The position numbers and the translations under genes were made by a program. Shown in pieces: positions 9,012 to 19,259 of a stretch of DNA of 64,000 nucleotides. The stretch lies in NCBI GenBank assembly GCA_963726255.1, contig CAVSBL010000002.1, positions 416,001-480,000 on the forward strand. Reading direction: 5' to 3'. Below the pieces are notes generated by a model that had not been told where the DNA came from, did not search any database, and saw only the letters and a list, made by a program, of their open reading frames with translations. The DNA comes from Candidatus Bathyarchaeota archaeon. Lineage in GTDB: Archaea; Thermoproteota; Bathyarchaeia; 40CM-2-53-6. How positions within the stretch are numbered: the first letter of the stretch is position 1; each line of letters begins with the position of its first letter.

Positions 9012-10150
9012 TGCCCTTAACTCATCGATTTTCATGTCGGTCCTGAATCCAATGGGATCGAAGTGTGTCCGACTAGCTTGGTAGCCGTTCTTGCGTAAGG
9101 CTTCTAGAATTCGTGCGGTTCCAGGGGGCTCTATCTTAAGTGACCGGGCGAAGGCGTCAGTCCTGTAATAGAAAGCTGAATTGTCTGCTTCCTCTATGAT
9201 GCGGGACAGAATCATCTGAATTTCGGAAAGGCGCATTGATGATAGAGTCGGAGTACGTTGGACCATTCTCTGAACCACCCGTCCATCCCATAGCCGGCCA
9301 AGCCAGATTGGGCCACCGATTTCAACTTGCGCTCCGCAACATTTGCACACCATCTCAATTGACCCCAACGAGCTGGCTGAATTACGCATCAGACATTTCG
9401 GGCAATATTCCAGGAAACCCAACTGTTTCGCTGACTGATTCGCGGAAGCCTTTCCCTTCCTCAATGCCGCGTAGATTCGGGCGTAGTGGTCAGAAGCGTG
9501 TGCAAACACAACCTCAACGCCCAGTTCCAGTCTACCTGCGATTGCCGCCAAGCAGCCTGCTAGGATTCTGACAGCCATCTCTTTCTCGAATTCCGTTCGA
9601 ATTGCCCTCGCACCGTATTTGCGAAAGCATGCCGCAGGCCTCGCACCCGTGAGCGGCCCCATATCAGTTGCGGTAGCCGCGAGAATGCCACCGTCCGCGA
9701 TCGCCCGCAAGGCAGATTCCAAATACGGAGCAGGGGAACCGAAGGGATCTAGGTCCACAAGGTCAAACCTATCCTGCATGTGCTCGAGCAGCAACAGGTT
9801 CGCGTCCGATTCAACAACGGCCACCTCCTTCTCCAAACCGTTGAGCCGGATTGTTCGCTTCGCCGCCTCCACTGCTTCCGGGCTCTTGTCGGCCGCAACA
9901 ACGCGCGCTACGTTGGGAGCCTCCAACACATAGCGTACCGCCCGAACGCCCGACCCTGTCATGGCGTCACAGACGCGAAGCCGCTTACCCTCGGGAAAGA
10001 ACGAGGCCGAAAACAGAACCGCAAAGTCTCGGCCTAGGTTCATTCTCGGGTTGTAGAACACGCCCCGCGGGTGAGGGGTAACCTTGCCCTTCCTTCGCTA
10101 TGTTTACTCGGTGTGCCAGTCCTTTGGTGAGCCTGTAAGGCCGATTTCAA
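8991..10150 (-). CDS. trm1: tRNA (guanine26-N2)-dimethyltransferase Trm1; apparent 1-nt frameshift in a G-run near 10064
   Basis: VFYNPRMNLGRD, DAMTGSGVRAVRY, DLVDLDPFGSP, TATD, CPKC zinc motif, GPIWLG. N-terminal EGRARL lies in the adjacent frame from TTG 10150. Confidence 0.9.
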
Positions 10151-10151
10151 T

Positions 10152-10691
10152 CTACATCTGGCTCTCAATTCTTTCTGTTATCGACTTTGCCAACTCGTTG
10201 CGATTGCTCGCCGTTACTTCATGAATTTGGTATGCAGGGTTCGATTTGATTGCTGCGACTAGGTAATGTGAGGCGCGTTTGTGGATCGTCCCCACGAAGT
10301 GTTTTGGTGTCGCCAACGCCATCTCAACGGCAAGGATGAACGGCATAGAATGCAATTCCATAGGACCCAGCTCGTCAACCAATATCACGTCGGCGTCCTC
10401 GATAGCATGCTTGATTGCTGATACGGCAACTCGCTGAATATCCACCAAGCTCACGCGGTACTTACCCACAGTTGGGCCATCTGTCTGAGAAACGTGGGCA
10501 AGAATGCCGATTTCGTGTGTCAGTATATCCTCAAGGTTGAAACCGACTCGGACACTCCCTTCGCGAATCTCGCCCGATATGACTCCCCCCACTTTCCTTC
10601 CATGTGCAGCCAGGGTTTCGGAAATCTTCTTGATGGTAGTGGTTTTCCCACACCCAGGTTCGCCTGTCAAAAAGATGCGGGAGGGTGGCAT
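10152..10691 (-). CDS. Nucleoside-triphosphatase (THEP1/NTPase_1)
   Basis: IFLTGEPGCGKTT, VGKYRV, ILVDELGPMEL. Confidence 0.9.
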   Translation of the reverse strand: MPPSRIFLTGEPGCGKTTTIKKISETLAAHGRKVGGVISGEIREGSVRVGFNLEDILTHEIGILAHVSQTDGPTVGKYRVSLVDIQRVAVSAIKHAIEDADVILVDELGPMELHSMPFILAVEMALATPKHFVGTIHKRASHYLVAAIKSNPAYQIHEVTASNRNELAKSITERIESQM

Positions 10692-10754
10692 GGCGCTTGC
10701 AGAGAAGGTCGTAGCTTTTAACTCCTAAAGTCTCTGTTACCATAGGTCGATTAT

Positions 10755-11429
10755 ATGGCAGAGCTCATCGCGGGTGTGGATGATGCTGGGCGCGGCCCAA
10801 TCATAGGGCCGCTCGTGGTCGCAGGAATATTGTTGGGGGGAAATCGCGACTGCGAATTATTGACGATGGGCGTCAAAGATTCAAAGTTGCTGAGCCCTGA
10901 AGTACGTGCCCAGCTAGCCCCAAGAATTAGGGCGCTCGCCACGAAGGTTAGCGTCGCAGAAGTCCAACCAAAGGAGATCGACGACGTCGTGTTGCACGGT
11001 GGGAAGTTGAGGAAACTGAACTTCTTGGAAGCCCAGTTGATGGCTCAAGTGATAAGCGAACTCTCTCCGAGGGAAGCGTACGTTGATGCTTCAGACGTTA
11101 ACGAAAAACGGTATGGAGAAACAATTCGGGAATTCCTGCCCGCAGCCTTACGCGGCATCAGACTGGTGTCAGAGCACCATGCAGATAGGACCTATCCTGT
11201 AGTCTCAGCGGCCAGCATCATTGCGAAAGTGAGGAGGGACGAGGCCGTTGAGGCTTTGCGAGGTGAATACGGGAATTTCGGGTCCGGCTACATAACCGAT
11301 GAGAGGACGATGACCTTCCTCAGAGAGTGGAGGCGCACTCACGCCGAGTATCCACCAATCGTCCGTCTTTCTTGGAAGACCATAAAGGAGATTGAGCGCG
11401 ACCTAGGTCAGTCACGGCTTGGGGCGTAA
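10755..11429 (+). CDS. rnhB: Ribonuclease HII
   Basis: AGVDDAGRGPIIGPLVV, GVKDSK, YVDA, HADRTYPVVSAASIIAKV, FGSGY. Confidence 0.94.
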   Translation: MAELIAGVDDAGRGPIIGPLVVAGILLGGNRDCELLTMGVKDSKLLSPEVRAQLAPRIRALATKVSVAEVQPKEIDDVVLHGGKLRKLNFLEAQLMAQVISELSPREAYVDASDVNEKRYGETIREFLPAALRGIRLVSEHHADRTYPVVSAASIIAKVRRDEAVEALRGEYGNFGSGYITDERTMTFLREWRRTHAEYPPIVRLSWKTIKEIERDLGQSRLGA

Positions 11430-11902
11430 TCAAACAGTTCCTTTGGAATTCCGAAACCGATGACAATGAGGCTATGGAATTTTCGAAGCAGTTCCGTGAC
11501 CTGCGACCTGTACAGGAAAGTAGCCTCTTGATCCTTGTACATCTGGTAATAATCTAGGTTGGTAAGGCCTAGGATCTTCCTGACCGTAAATTCCTCAACA
11601 CGTTCACCTAAAATTGTGTAAATCGACCTGCCCAGCTCCATTCTTCTGAGGACAATAATCGGGAGTTTCACGTGGTCTTGATATTCGGCTGGAACCATCT
11701 TCGCTAGTTCCTCAAGGTCGGATTTTCTTAGTATGATGTCCGTACCGTCAGTGGCCTCGACGGTTGGGTCGTTCTCCTTCAGGAGTTCGCTTAGGCTGCG
11801 CCTTTGCTTTGGGAGGTGCGTGTTCAGTTTTCGAAGTTCATGGCCGAGAACAGCATCCATTGCCCGTTCCAATGTGCCCTTCGAATTGCACAATGAGGTC
11901 AT
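11408..11902 (-). CDS. DUF61-family protein
   Basis: LNTHLPKQRRSLSELL..DP..DG and KLPIIV; lies downstream of fibrillarin. Confidence 0.7.
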   Translation of the reverse strand: MTSLCNSKGTLERAMDAVLGHELRKLNTHLPKQRRSLSELLKENDPTVEATDGTDIILRKSDLEELAKMVPAEYQDHVKLPIIVLRRMELGRSIYTILGERVEEFTVRKILGLTNLDYYQMYKDQEATFLYRSQVTELLRKFHSLIVIGFGIPKELFDYAPSRD

Positions 11903-12594
11903 GCCCGACTGGCCACTACCATAGCGTGGTCTTTCTCGTAGGGTTCCAAACGAACGGTCTGAAGGATGTCAAAATGCCTTGCGCGAAGTATTCCAGTTTC
12001 CTGTTTGAAAACATCAGCGGGCTCCATAGTTACATCGACGCTTCTCGACTTTATCGCAATCAACGCTGACCCTTGGGGTTTCAAGAATAGGTCAGCGTTG
12101 TCGGCCAGTATTTTCGCCTGCTCCGGTTGAGCTACATCGGAATAAATCACATCTACTCGATCCACCAATGCCTTGTATCTCTCTGGTAAACGCGCGTCTG
12201 CGAGGATCGGGTAAACATTGGAGCGATGATGACACACCGTGTCGATGAGTTCCCGCATGCTTCTTTGCGCGAATTCTACACAATACACTCGGCCGCGTTC
12301 TTCCACAATGTCACTGACATGGCTTGCTGTCGTGCCCGAAGCGGATCCTAAGTACAGCACGGCTTTACCTGGCTGAATGGGAAGGGAGTTAATGTCACGA
12401 AGAATAGCAGCAGCCAGTTTGCTCCTGTAAGCGTCCCATGTTCTGAATTCGGTGTCCTTGCTCTTGACGAGCAGTTCACCGTAGACGCTGACGCCCGGCG
12501 CTAAGTTCTTCGTTGCAAGGCGCCTGCTCCCGTCTTCGAGGGTTACCCAATAGACCCCCTCGAAAGGGTCATACGGCCTAACGTTTGCGGCCAA
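11899..12594 (-). CDS. flpA: Fibrillarin-like rRNA/tRNA 2'-O-methyltransferase
   Basis: LATKNLAPG.SVYGE, RSKLAAAI, LYLGSASGTTASHVSD, DVAQPEQA, LEPYEKDHAM. Confidence 0.95.
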   Translation of the reverse strand: MAANVRPYDPFEGVYWVTLEDGSRRLATKNLAPGVSVYGELLVKSKDTEFRTWDAYRSKLAAAILRDINSLPIQPGKAVLYLGSASGTTASHVSDIVEERGRVYCVEFAQRSMRELIDTVCHHRSNVYPILADARLPERYKALVDRVDVIYSDVAQPEQAKILADNADLFLKPQGSALIAIKSRSVDVTMEPADVFKQETGILRARHFDILQTVRLEPYEKDHAMVVASRA

Positions 12595-13795
12595 ACTCTC
12601 TCTTCTTCGATGGAATAGGCGTCTTGTACCTTTCCTTTATCTCGTTGACTTTCCTGTCGACGTCATCCCTCAATTTCTGACCTAGGAATTCGCCGCCGAA
12701 GGCATCAATCCTGGCGGCGATGCTAAGCTTTCCTGATAGGGCTCTAGCGATTTTTCCTCTCTGCCAGCGGGGAGATTGATGAATCGCGGTGTGCTGGAAT
12801 ATTACGCCATGTTTCGGCGGCCTGGCGCCGGTCTTCAAGGAGCGGAAAAGTGCTTTCTCAGCACCGAGTACCTGCAGAGTGCTTGCGGGCATCTTGGCTA
12901 AATTGTCGAGGCTCCCAGCAATGGAGATCAACCTCGCGGAGAGTGGCGCTCCCACAATGGCTGTCATGTTCGGGGCTACCTCTTTGAGAACGTCCTCAAC
13001 GTACGCCTCACTCTTTCCCCTGAATTTGTAGAGGTCAAGCATGAGTTCACAAAACGATTGAAGCACCGCCAGGTCAGGCTCACTGATTTCAGCGCCCATA
13101 GACTTCCTTGCAGCGCCGCCGAGTTCCTCCGCCTTCTCCTTCGGAATACCCTCGGTTACAAGATTCTCGTACGTGAAATTCCTGCGGTTTCCAAGTTTCG
13201 CAACTAGCCGTGCATAGGTATCATGCTTTTCCACAATCCTATCCATCTCAGGAAAATGAAGGCCAAACCACTCACGGACGCGTCCTGCGAGCAAGTTCAG
13301 CACCTTGTCCAAATCATCCATCGCTCGAACGGCTTGTACAGCGCTGAGGTCGCGCCTTGCCGCCGCAACTGCAATCCCGGCCCGTGCAAGCTGCAAAGTG
13401 ACCTGCCGGGCAAAATCATTGTAGGCTTGGGGGGTCTTGAAAATGGGTGACTCAAGGGATTGCTTCTTCAACCAAGCGTTCCGCCCCTCCCACTCGGAGC
13501 CTAAGTGGAGGCGAAATTGCTCAGCAATCGGAGAGGATTTGACCGAGACCTTCAGTTTCTCTGCTTTCTCGACAGCTCTTGCAATTTGCTCATTCTCGAA
13601 CACTAACGGGCTATGTTTCTTGGCAGCCTGCTTTAGGCTATCAACAACCGCTCTTGAAAGAGTGCCGTCCTGTAAATCCTTCAGTTCGACTGCCGCGGCT
13701 TCCGGTTTAGGTGAAAACAAGACCTTCTCCAGAACGTTTGACTTTTCATCAAGTATGAAAAGGCCGGCGGGTGTCTCAACTACGTATGCTTCCAA
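12578..13795 (-). CDS. nop5: Box C/D sRNP protein Nop5 (Nop56/58)
   Basis: REWFGLHFPE, APNMTAIVG, PASTLQVLGAEKALF, PPKHGVIFQH, RGKIARAL. Confidence 0.95.
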   Translation of the reverse strand: MEAYVVETPAGLFILDEKSNVLEKVLFSPKPEAAAVELKDLQDGTLSRAVVDSLKQAAKKHSPLVFENEQIARAVEKAEKLKVSVKSSPIAEQFRLHLGSEWEGRNAWLKKQSLESPIFKTPQAYNDFARQVTLQLARAGIAVAAARRDLSAVQAVRAMDDLDKVLNLLAGRVREWFGLHFPEMDRIVEKHDTYARLVAKLGNRRNFTYENLVTEGIPKEKAEELGGAARKSMGAEISEPDLAVLQSFCELMLDLYKFRGKSEAYVEDVLKEVAPNMTAIVGAPLSARLISIAGSLDNLAKMPASTLQVLGAEKALFRSLKTGARPPKHGVIFQHTAIHQSPRWQRGKIARALSGKLSIAARIDAFGGEFLGQKLRDDVDRKVNEIKERYKTPIPSKKREFGRKR

Positions 13796-14069
13796 ACCAA
13801 CAATCTCCCGTGCCAGTCAATGGGTGAAGCTTCAGCTTCGGGCACGGATAAACGGCCGCGAGTTGAATAAAGCTTTGTGAGTTTGTCGGGGTCTTCAGGT
13901 TGCGTCCGCGAAGTAGACGCTTGAGTAAGCGACTTGTGGTCTGTGAGCCGCTTACCGTGGCAATGCTCTGCTTTAGGCTCGCCTTTCAGCACGGTCCGGT
14001 TATTTGAGAAGCCATCCTCAAACGCCCACGTAGTCCCGTGTCGCTTTTTGTGGGACTGTCTGCGGCTCT

Positions 14070-14921
14070 TTAGCGATGATGGCTATCTGGGTCGTTGCAG
14101 CTGGTCTGGTAGTAGTGATGGTTGTAGTAATAGTAGTAGTAATTGTTACCGCTCTGATAGCCGCAATTGGCATAGTTACTTTGATAGCAGTATGATGGTT
14201 GGTCGTTGCAGTAGGTCATGCTAGGATAGCAGTAGGAAGTCTGGTAACAGTTACCGTAGCAGTTGTTGCCATAACAATTGTTACCATAATTGTTACCATA
14301 ACAGTTGTAATTTGGATAGCAGGATCCATTGCCGTTAGGGTAACCGTTCTGGTAGGTGAGGTTCACCTGTACCATTTGGCCTGTCGTTGCTAGGAGCGGT
14401 CCGTATCCGTTGCCGTAGCTGTTTTGGCCGCTATAGACTGACACTGTGATTCGTATTTGATGTCCCAGAATTGAGGGTGGAAGATTGAACAATAGTTGTC
14501 CGTTGAACGTACTGCCACCGTAAACAGAATTCAGCATTGTGTTCACTGAACCAAAGTCAACGTTAGCTGATGTGTCGAATGCATCTCCCGAGGCGTACAA
14601 TGGGCCGCCGACGTACGAACAGGATGTTGAGACGGGAACAATAATTCCAACATTCGAACCGTAATAGTACTGTGTCGAGGTGAGGCTGGAGTAACCCAGC
14701 GAAGCAGTGCACGATTGAGCAGCCACTAAGGGATAGTTCCCCGCGGCTGCGAACATTGCGGTTAACAGGAAACCCAACAGCAAAATTCCGCTATTGCGTT
14801 CGATCAAGAATACCTTGCTCCTTAACAATGCAAGAGGCACTAGAACTCTTAATCTTAGGTGGAATTCTTCTACAGTGAGCAGGCGATGCCTACAAAGTAG
14901 AAAAGTACTCAGCACCATCAA
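14070..14921 (-). CDS. Putative secreted protein with Tyr/Asn/Gly/Cys-rich repetitive C-terminus (start likely downstream, near 14804)
   Basis: Signal-like GILLLGFLLTAMFAAA; CYGNN-type repeats and a YYYYYY run. Confidence 0.6.
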   Translation of the reverse strand: MMVLSTFLLCRHRLLTVEEFHLRLRVLVPLALLRSKVFLIERNSGILLLGFLLTAMFAAAGNYPLVAAQSCTASLGYSSLTSTQYYYGSNVGIIVPVSTSCSYVGGPLYASGDAFDTSANVDFGSVNTMLNSVYGGSTFNGQLLFNLPPSILGHQIRITVSVYSGQNSYGNGYGPLLATTGQMVQVNLTYQNGYPNGNGSCYPNYNCYGNNYGNNCYGNNCYGNCYQTSYCYPSMTYCNDQPSYCYQSNYANCGYQSGNNYYYYYYNHHYYQTSCNDPDSHHR

Positions 14922-14962
14922 TGGAAACTGGTTGATTCAGTAGCGCGTGCTCATGAGCGCCC

Positions 14963-16609
14963 TCAGTTTTCTTTCCCGTAAGCGATCTTACCGTCAACTA
15001 TCGTCCAAAGAACCCTAATTTTCGAAATCGTTGATGGGGCTACTTTTCGTGGATCCTTCTCGATGATTACTAGGTCCGCGAGTTTTCCAGGTGAGATTGT
15101 TCCTTTGATGTCTTCCTCGCATGAGGCGTAGGCCGCGTTGCGAGTGTAGAATTTGATGGCTTCTTCGACGGCCACAGCTTCTCCTCCCGTTCTGTTGACC
15201 GCTGCCTCAATCCCTGAGAGAGGCGTCAATGGTTCGACCGGACAGTCCGATCCCGCTACGACAGTGACTCCGGCGTGGACTAGGCTGCGAAATGGGTAGG
15301 CGAGCGAAGCTCGATTTGTACCCAGCCTCTGTTCGAGCCAAGAGTCCGAGACGATGAAGCGGGGTTGAACTGAGGCCACGAGCCCCAATTCGCCCATCCG
15401 CTTGATGAGGTCCGTGGTAAGAACTGAGGCGTGTTCAATTCTATGCCGAAGGTTCTTTTTCGGGGCCAATTCACGCGCCTTCGCAACTGCATGAAGCACC
15501 ATTGCGGCAGCCCTGTCTCCTATGGCGTGTGCGGCTACCTGAAAATCGGATCGATGGGCTTCTTCGATAAGAACGTCAAGTTCTTGTTGGCTGTGAATTG
15601 CAACGCCTTGATTCTTAGGGTCGTCGGCGTAGGGGACTTCGAGCGCTGCCGTTCGCGCTCCGAGAGACCCATCCGTGAAAATCTTGACGCCTCCGATGCG
15701 AACCCATTCATCGCCAAACCCAGAACGAAGGCCCAGCGCAACCGCTGCCTTCAACTGTTGGGTGGGAATGAGTAAGTAGAACCGAAGTGGAAGCAGGCCT
15801 TGCGCTTTCAGCTTGAGCAGCGCTTTCAGTTCCAACTCGGAACCAGTGATGCAATGAACTGTTGTTAATCCCGCCGCCAACGCATGCTGGCACGCGGTTT
15901 GCGCAGCCTGCGCATAGTCATCCTGTTCAAGCGGAGGGATTAATCTGCTTACTAGGTCAACCGCATTTTCGCGAAGTATACCCGTGGCTTCACCTGTTGA
16001 TTGACGGTCGATTATTCCTCCCATAGGGTTCGGTGTTTCGGCGGTTATTGTGGCCATTGCGAGAGCGGCCGAGTTTACCACACAGATGTGGCCGCAAATT
16101 CGCCTGAGAAGAACTGGTTTTTCGGGGGAAGCCTCATCAAGGTCTCTTCGGGTCGGATAGCGTTTTTCAGTAAACTTCTCTTGGTCCCAGCCGCGCCCCA
16201 AGACCCACGCGTTTGACCCGCGTGCCTGTACGGTGACTGATTCCTTAACCTCTTCGATGCTCTGGGCATCTCTCAGGTCGATATTTCTTAGGGAAAGGCC
16301 GTATTCGATTAGGTGAATGTGGCAATCGGTAAATCCTGGCAGGATGGTTGCGCGCTTCACGTCGATGATTCTAGTCTTCGGTCCTACAAGGGACTGTATC
16401 TCTTGGTTGTTTCCTACCCCAACGATTCTGCCCGCCAAGACTGCAATTGCTTGGGCTATTGGCCGGGCAGCGTCCATCGTGAGGACGTTGCCGTTCAAGA
16501 AAACTAATGTTGGGTTGAGGGAGGAGGTGTGCCTACTTCTGCTTCTTTTGGTTCTTACTCGACGCGTTCCATAACGTGATGACTGTTTGGATTTCTTTCG
16601 GCCACTCAA
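14963..16609 (-). CDS. Amidohydrolase 3 (YtcJ-like); real start probably near 16520
   Basis: ILPGFTDCHIH, GRGWDQ, KIFTDGSLGARTA, HAIGDRA, RHRIEHA, GSDCPV, GKLADLV. Confidence 0.92.
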   Translation of the reverse strand: MSGRKKSKQSSRYGTRRVRTKRSRSRHTSSLNPTLVFLNGNVLTMDAARPIAQAIAVLAGRIVGVGNNQEIQSLVGPKTRIIDVKRATILPGFTDCHIHLIEYGLSLRNIDLRDAQSIEEVKESVTVQARGSNAWVLGRGWDQEKFTEKRYPTRRDLDEASPEKPVLLRRICGHICVVNSAALAMATITAETPNPMGGIIDRQSTGEATGILRENAVDLVSRLIPPLEQDDYAQAAQTACQHALAAGLTTVHCITGSELELKALLKLKAQGLLPLRFYLLIPTQQLKAAVALGLRSGFGDEWVRIGGVKIFTDGSLGARTAALEVPYADDPKNQGVAIHSQQELDVLIEEAHRSDFQVAAHAIGDRAAAMVLHAVAKARELAPKKNLRHRIEHASVLTTDLIKRMGELGLVASVQPRFIVSDSWLEQRLGTNRASLAYPFRSLVHAGVTVVAGSDCPVEPLTPLSGIEAAVNRTGGEAVAVEEAIKFYTRNAAYASCEEDIKGTISPGKLADLVIIEKDPRKVAPSTISKIRVLWTIVDGKIAYGKEN

Positions 16610-16739
16610 TTTGTCCGCCGCATTTGTCGCAGTATTTGGCCTGGAGAAAAACTTCCTGTTTACAGTTTTCGCAGAAGAACCTTTCTTGTTGTCCTGGTTT
16701 CTGAGTTGGTGGTCTTCGGATTTGAAGTTTCTCAGTCAG
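16533..16739 (-). CDS. Small zinc-ribbon protein (CTG start, absent from ORF track)
   Basis: Own translation LTEKLQIRRPPTQKPGQQERFFCENCKQEVFLQAKYCDKCGGQIEWPKEIQ... Confidence 0.65.
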   Translation of the reverse strand: MTEKLQIRRPPTQKPGQQERFFCENCKQEVFLQAKYCDKCGGQIEWPKEIQTVITLWNASSKNQKKQK

Positions 16740-17086
16740 TGTTATTGTTTGAACCCCCAGCCTTTCGAGATAGGGGATGGGTACTGATATGTTCCTTTAC
16801 GCCGTCTTAGGCTCAAAAACCGTCGAATTCGAGTTGGGAGCTACACAACAATATTGCAAAGGATATGGGTAAGCGCCCCATGGTCAAACATAGCCTTTCC
16901 TAGAGTAGAAACGTTGGGGGATCGAATTGATCTGTAGTGAATGTGGGGCCCTGATGAAGGATAAAACCGAGCTAGCACAACATAAGAAGGCTTGCCCGCG
17001 GGCAGTTCAAGGAAGATGTTAGCATTAACCGTTCGAGCGATAACAATTGGAAACTGCTAATTCCCCATCATGAGCTGTAATCCGCT

Positions 17087-17359
17087 ATGTCAGGTCTCAA
17101 AAAGTACAGGCGAGGAACGTTCGACAAACGTGTAGCTTATGGCCAAAGGGACCGGAAGCTCATGCTAGTTGCGAGGGGAATTTTGAAGGGTTTCGAGGTC
17201 AAATGTAGGACCGAGAACGCGGCCAGAAACCTAGCTTACTCGCTGCGAATTAGGGCGACACGAATCGCGGCGGAGGATTACGCAAGGTTCGGCCTTAAAG
17301 TGAGGTTGGAGGGTATGAAGGTCTACGTCCTCGGAATGCCCAAACACAAGACAAGCTAA
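17087..17359 (+). CDS. Hypothetical basic protein
   Basis: 90-aa ORF with ATG start; no family recognised. Confidence 0.5.
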   Translation: MSGLKKYRRGTFDKRVAYGQRDRKLMLVARGILKGFEVKCRTENAARNLAYSLRIRATRIAAEDYARFGLKVRLEGMKVYVLGMPKHKTS

Positions 17360-17442
17360 GTCTAGGGTGAAAAGGGGGATGCCGAAGCCTTGACCGAAAT
17401 TGATAAACCACTAACGACCCACATAGTTAGGATGGGTATTCT

Positions 17443-17634
17443 TTGCCTGATAATCTATGGTTGAGTGATTACGTGGCGCAGGAGGATTCTTGCCCCTTCG
17501 ACAAGAAGGTTTGTTTGGAGTGCGAGTTTGCAGAGCGCCTTGCCCTCACCGGTGTGCCTGTCGACTGTAAACGGGGCCACATTGAGAAAGTAAAATCGCT
17601 TTGGGACTACATGTTCAAAGGCTACAAGCGATAA
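17443..17634 (+). CDS. Small Cys-rich hypothetical protein
   Basis: CPFDKKVCLEC...C motif. Confidence 0.45.
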   Translation: MPDNLWLSDYVAQEDSCPFDKKVCLECEFAERLALTGVPVDCKRGHIEKVKSLWDYMFKGYKR

Positions 17635-17748
17635 AAGCGCCTGTCTTCGCGGCGCCAGCTTTGTGTTCTGTTCGGCTCCTACGGCGAGGCAGCGCGTAAA
17701 CGGAGAAAGGCATTTAAACAATAATCAGGTTTCTGTGGTTGAACAAAA

Positions 17749-17931
17749 ATGAGCACTAAAACAAAGTCCTATCTTGCGATATTGATGGGTATAATCATCA
17801 TCCTCGCGGACATATACTGGCTCATAGTCGGGAACAGCTACCAGTACGCACCCTGGCTCGCTGCAGGCATTGTGATCCTCATAGCCAGCGTCGTCTGGAT
17901 CATTCTCGACTACAGCCTAATGGAAAAGTGA
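17749..17931 (+). CDS. Small two-TM membrane protein
   Basis: Two hydrophobic segments; TTTAAA box about 30 nt upstream. Confidence 0.65.
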   Translation: MSTKTKSYLAILMGIIIILADIYWLIVGNSYQYAPWLAAGIVILIASVVWIILDYSLMEK

Positions 17932-18076
17932 GCCTCTAGGCACTTAACGAAAGCCTAGGCCACGCCTCCTCATTCCTTTAGTTTCTTTTCTAGATTCGCA
18001 GTTGTTTCATGTCTTTGTAGCCGCGCCACCAGGATATGGAACCAAGTTAACGCGGTGCAAAGTGCGAGTAGCGCGA

Positions 18077-18574
18077 CTACGCGCCGCGTGTTTCTTGTGA
18101 ACCTATCCATGTCATTTCGGGTGGCTCGATGTTATGCTGCCACAGGAGCGCTATGATTTCGCCCAAGTGATGCGCCTGTTCCAATGTTACTTGCATAAGG
18201 GCATCCGCCAGACTGTGCTCCCTATCCATCCACTCCACCTTGATTGGCTGTACGAGCATGGAATCAGTAAGGCCTTCGAGCAGCTTATCGACAGTGGCCT
18301 CGACGTGTTTCACGTATTTCTTCATGTTCTCCATCGACTGATAGCATTCATCGAGTTCAGATTCGGGCACCCCGGATGACTCCCCCGCCCTGGCATGGTT
18401 CAGCCAGCCGTCATAAACGGTTAAAATGTGTGTGAAAATATCCTTCATCGAGTTATGGCTTGCCTCAAGGTTTGACGAAACCAGTTGCGACGGGAGTCCG
18501 TCGAGAAGGTCTAGAAAAGCGTGTAGGACAGACCAGTTGTACCTGAAAATTCCCCTGAAATCATCTGCGTTCAT
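18077..18574 (-). CDS. DinB-family protein
   Basis: FRYNW, SMKDIFTHIL, EQAHHLGEIIALLWQ..IEPP. Confidence 0.85.
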   Translation of the reverse strand: MNADDFRGIFRYNWSVLHAFLDLLDGLPSQLVSSNLEASHNSMKDIFTHILTVYDGWLNHARAGESSGVPESELDECYQSMENMKKYVKHVEATVDKLLEGLTDSMLVQPIKVEWMDREHSLADALMQVTLEQAHHLGEIIALLWQHNIEPPEMTWIGSQETRGA

Positions 18575-18715
18575 TTGACTCGCGGGTAGGTCAGCTCTGG
18601 TGGCTATAAATTGATGGCGCGACATTCTCTGCTTGCTTTGGCTTTGGGAGAGTTAACCCATAATAAGCTGGTTGCCTAGCGTCATTGGTCTACATGGAGA
18701 AATCGGATTGTTTCT

Positions 18716-19126
18716 GTGTTGAGTGACTGGATCTTGTTGCCTTACGTAGGTTTTCTCGCATTGTTCTTGAGGGTTTGGGTGGGAGCCAACTTTGTTGGCC
18801 ACGGTTACCCCAAACTCGGTAAGAGTAGGCAACAGACTCTTCAGTGGACTAAGAGCCTCGGCGTGCCGTCAATCCTAACATACCTTGCGATAATTCTCGA
18901 ATTCTTCGGAGGCCTATCCCTAATCATAGGCTTCCTTGTCCCGCTAGTTGGGTTCTGCATCGCGCTCGAAATGGCTGGCGCTATAATCTTGAAGAAAACC
19001 AAAATGAAGGCCCCTTACATGGGACAGAACTCCTACGAGATTGACATAGTATACTTCATGCTCGGGATCGCGCTCGTGATTTTGGCCGCCGGCCCCCTCT
19101 CTATAGACGCCCTCCTACTTCACTAA
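18716..19126 (+). CDS. DoxX-family membrane protein
   Basis: LRVWVG..FVGHGYPKL, EFFGGL.LIIG, AGPLSID. Confidence 0.88.
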   Translation: MLSDWILLPYVGFLALFLRVWVGANFVGHGYPKLGKSRQQTLQWTKSLGVPSILTYLAIILEFFGGLSLIIGFLVPLVGFCIALEMAGAIILKKTKMKAPYMGQNSYEIDIVYFMLGIALVILAAGPLSIDALLLH

Positions 19127-19259
19127 GGCCACGTAGACTAGGAGAATGAAGGTGCGCTTATTGTTTCTCGGGCATAAACGGGGGAGACGGTAGTCGTCCA
19201 CAAATCTGATTGTAACCAGTTAGCAAAGTCGCGCTTTCAAAGTGGGTTAGAGTCCGAGG

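Noticed and set aside
13925-13955. Hairpin GTAAGCG...CGCTTAC as an ncRNA
   Set aside because: Single stem-loop with no recognisable family features.
16951-16975. Hammerhead ribozyme or C-box (CTGATGA)
   Set aside because: No GAAA core with supporting stems and no properly spaced D box.
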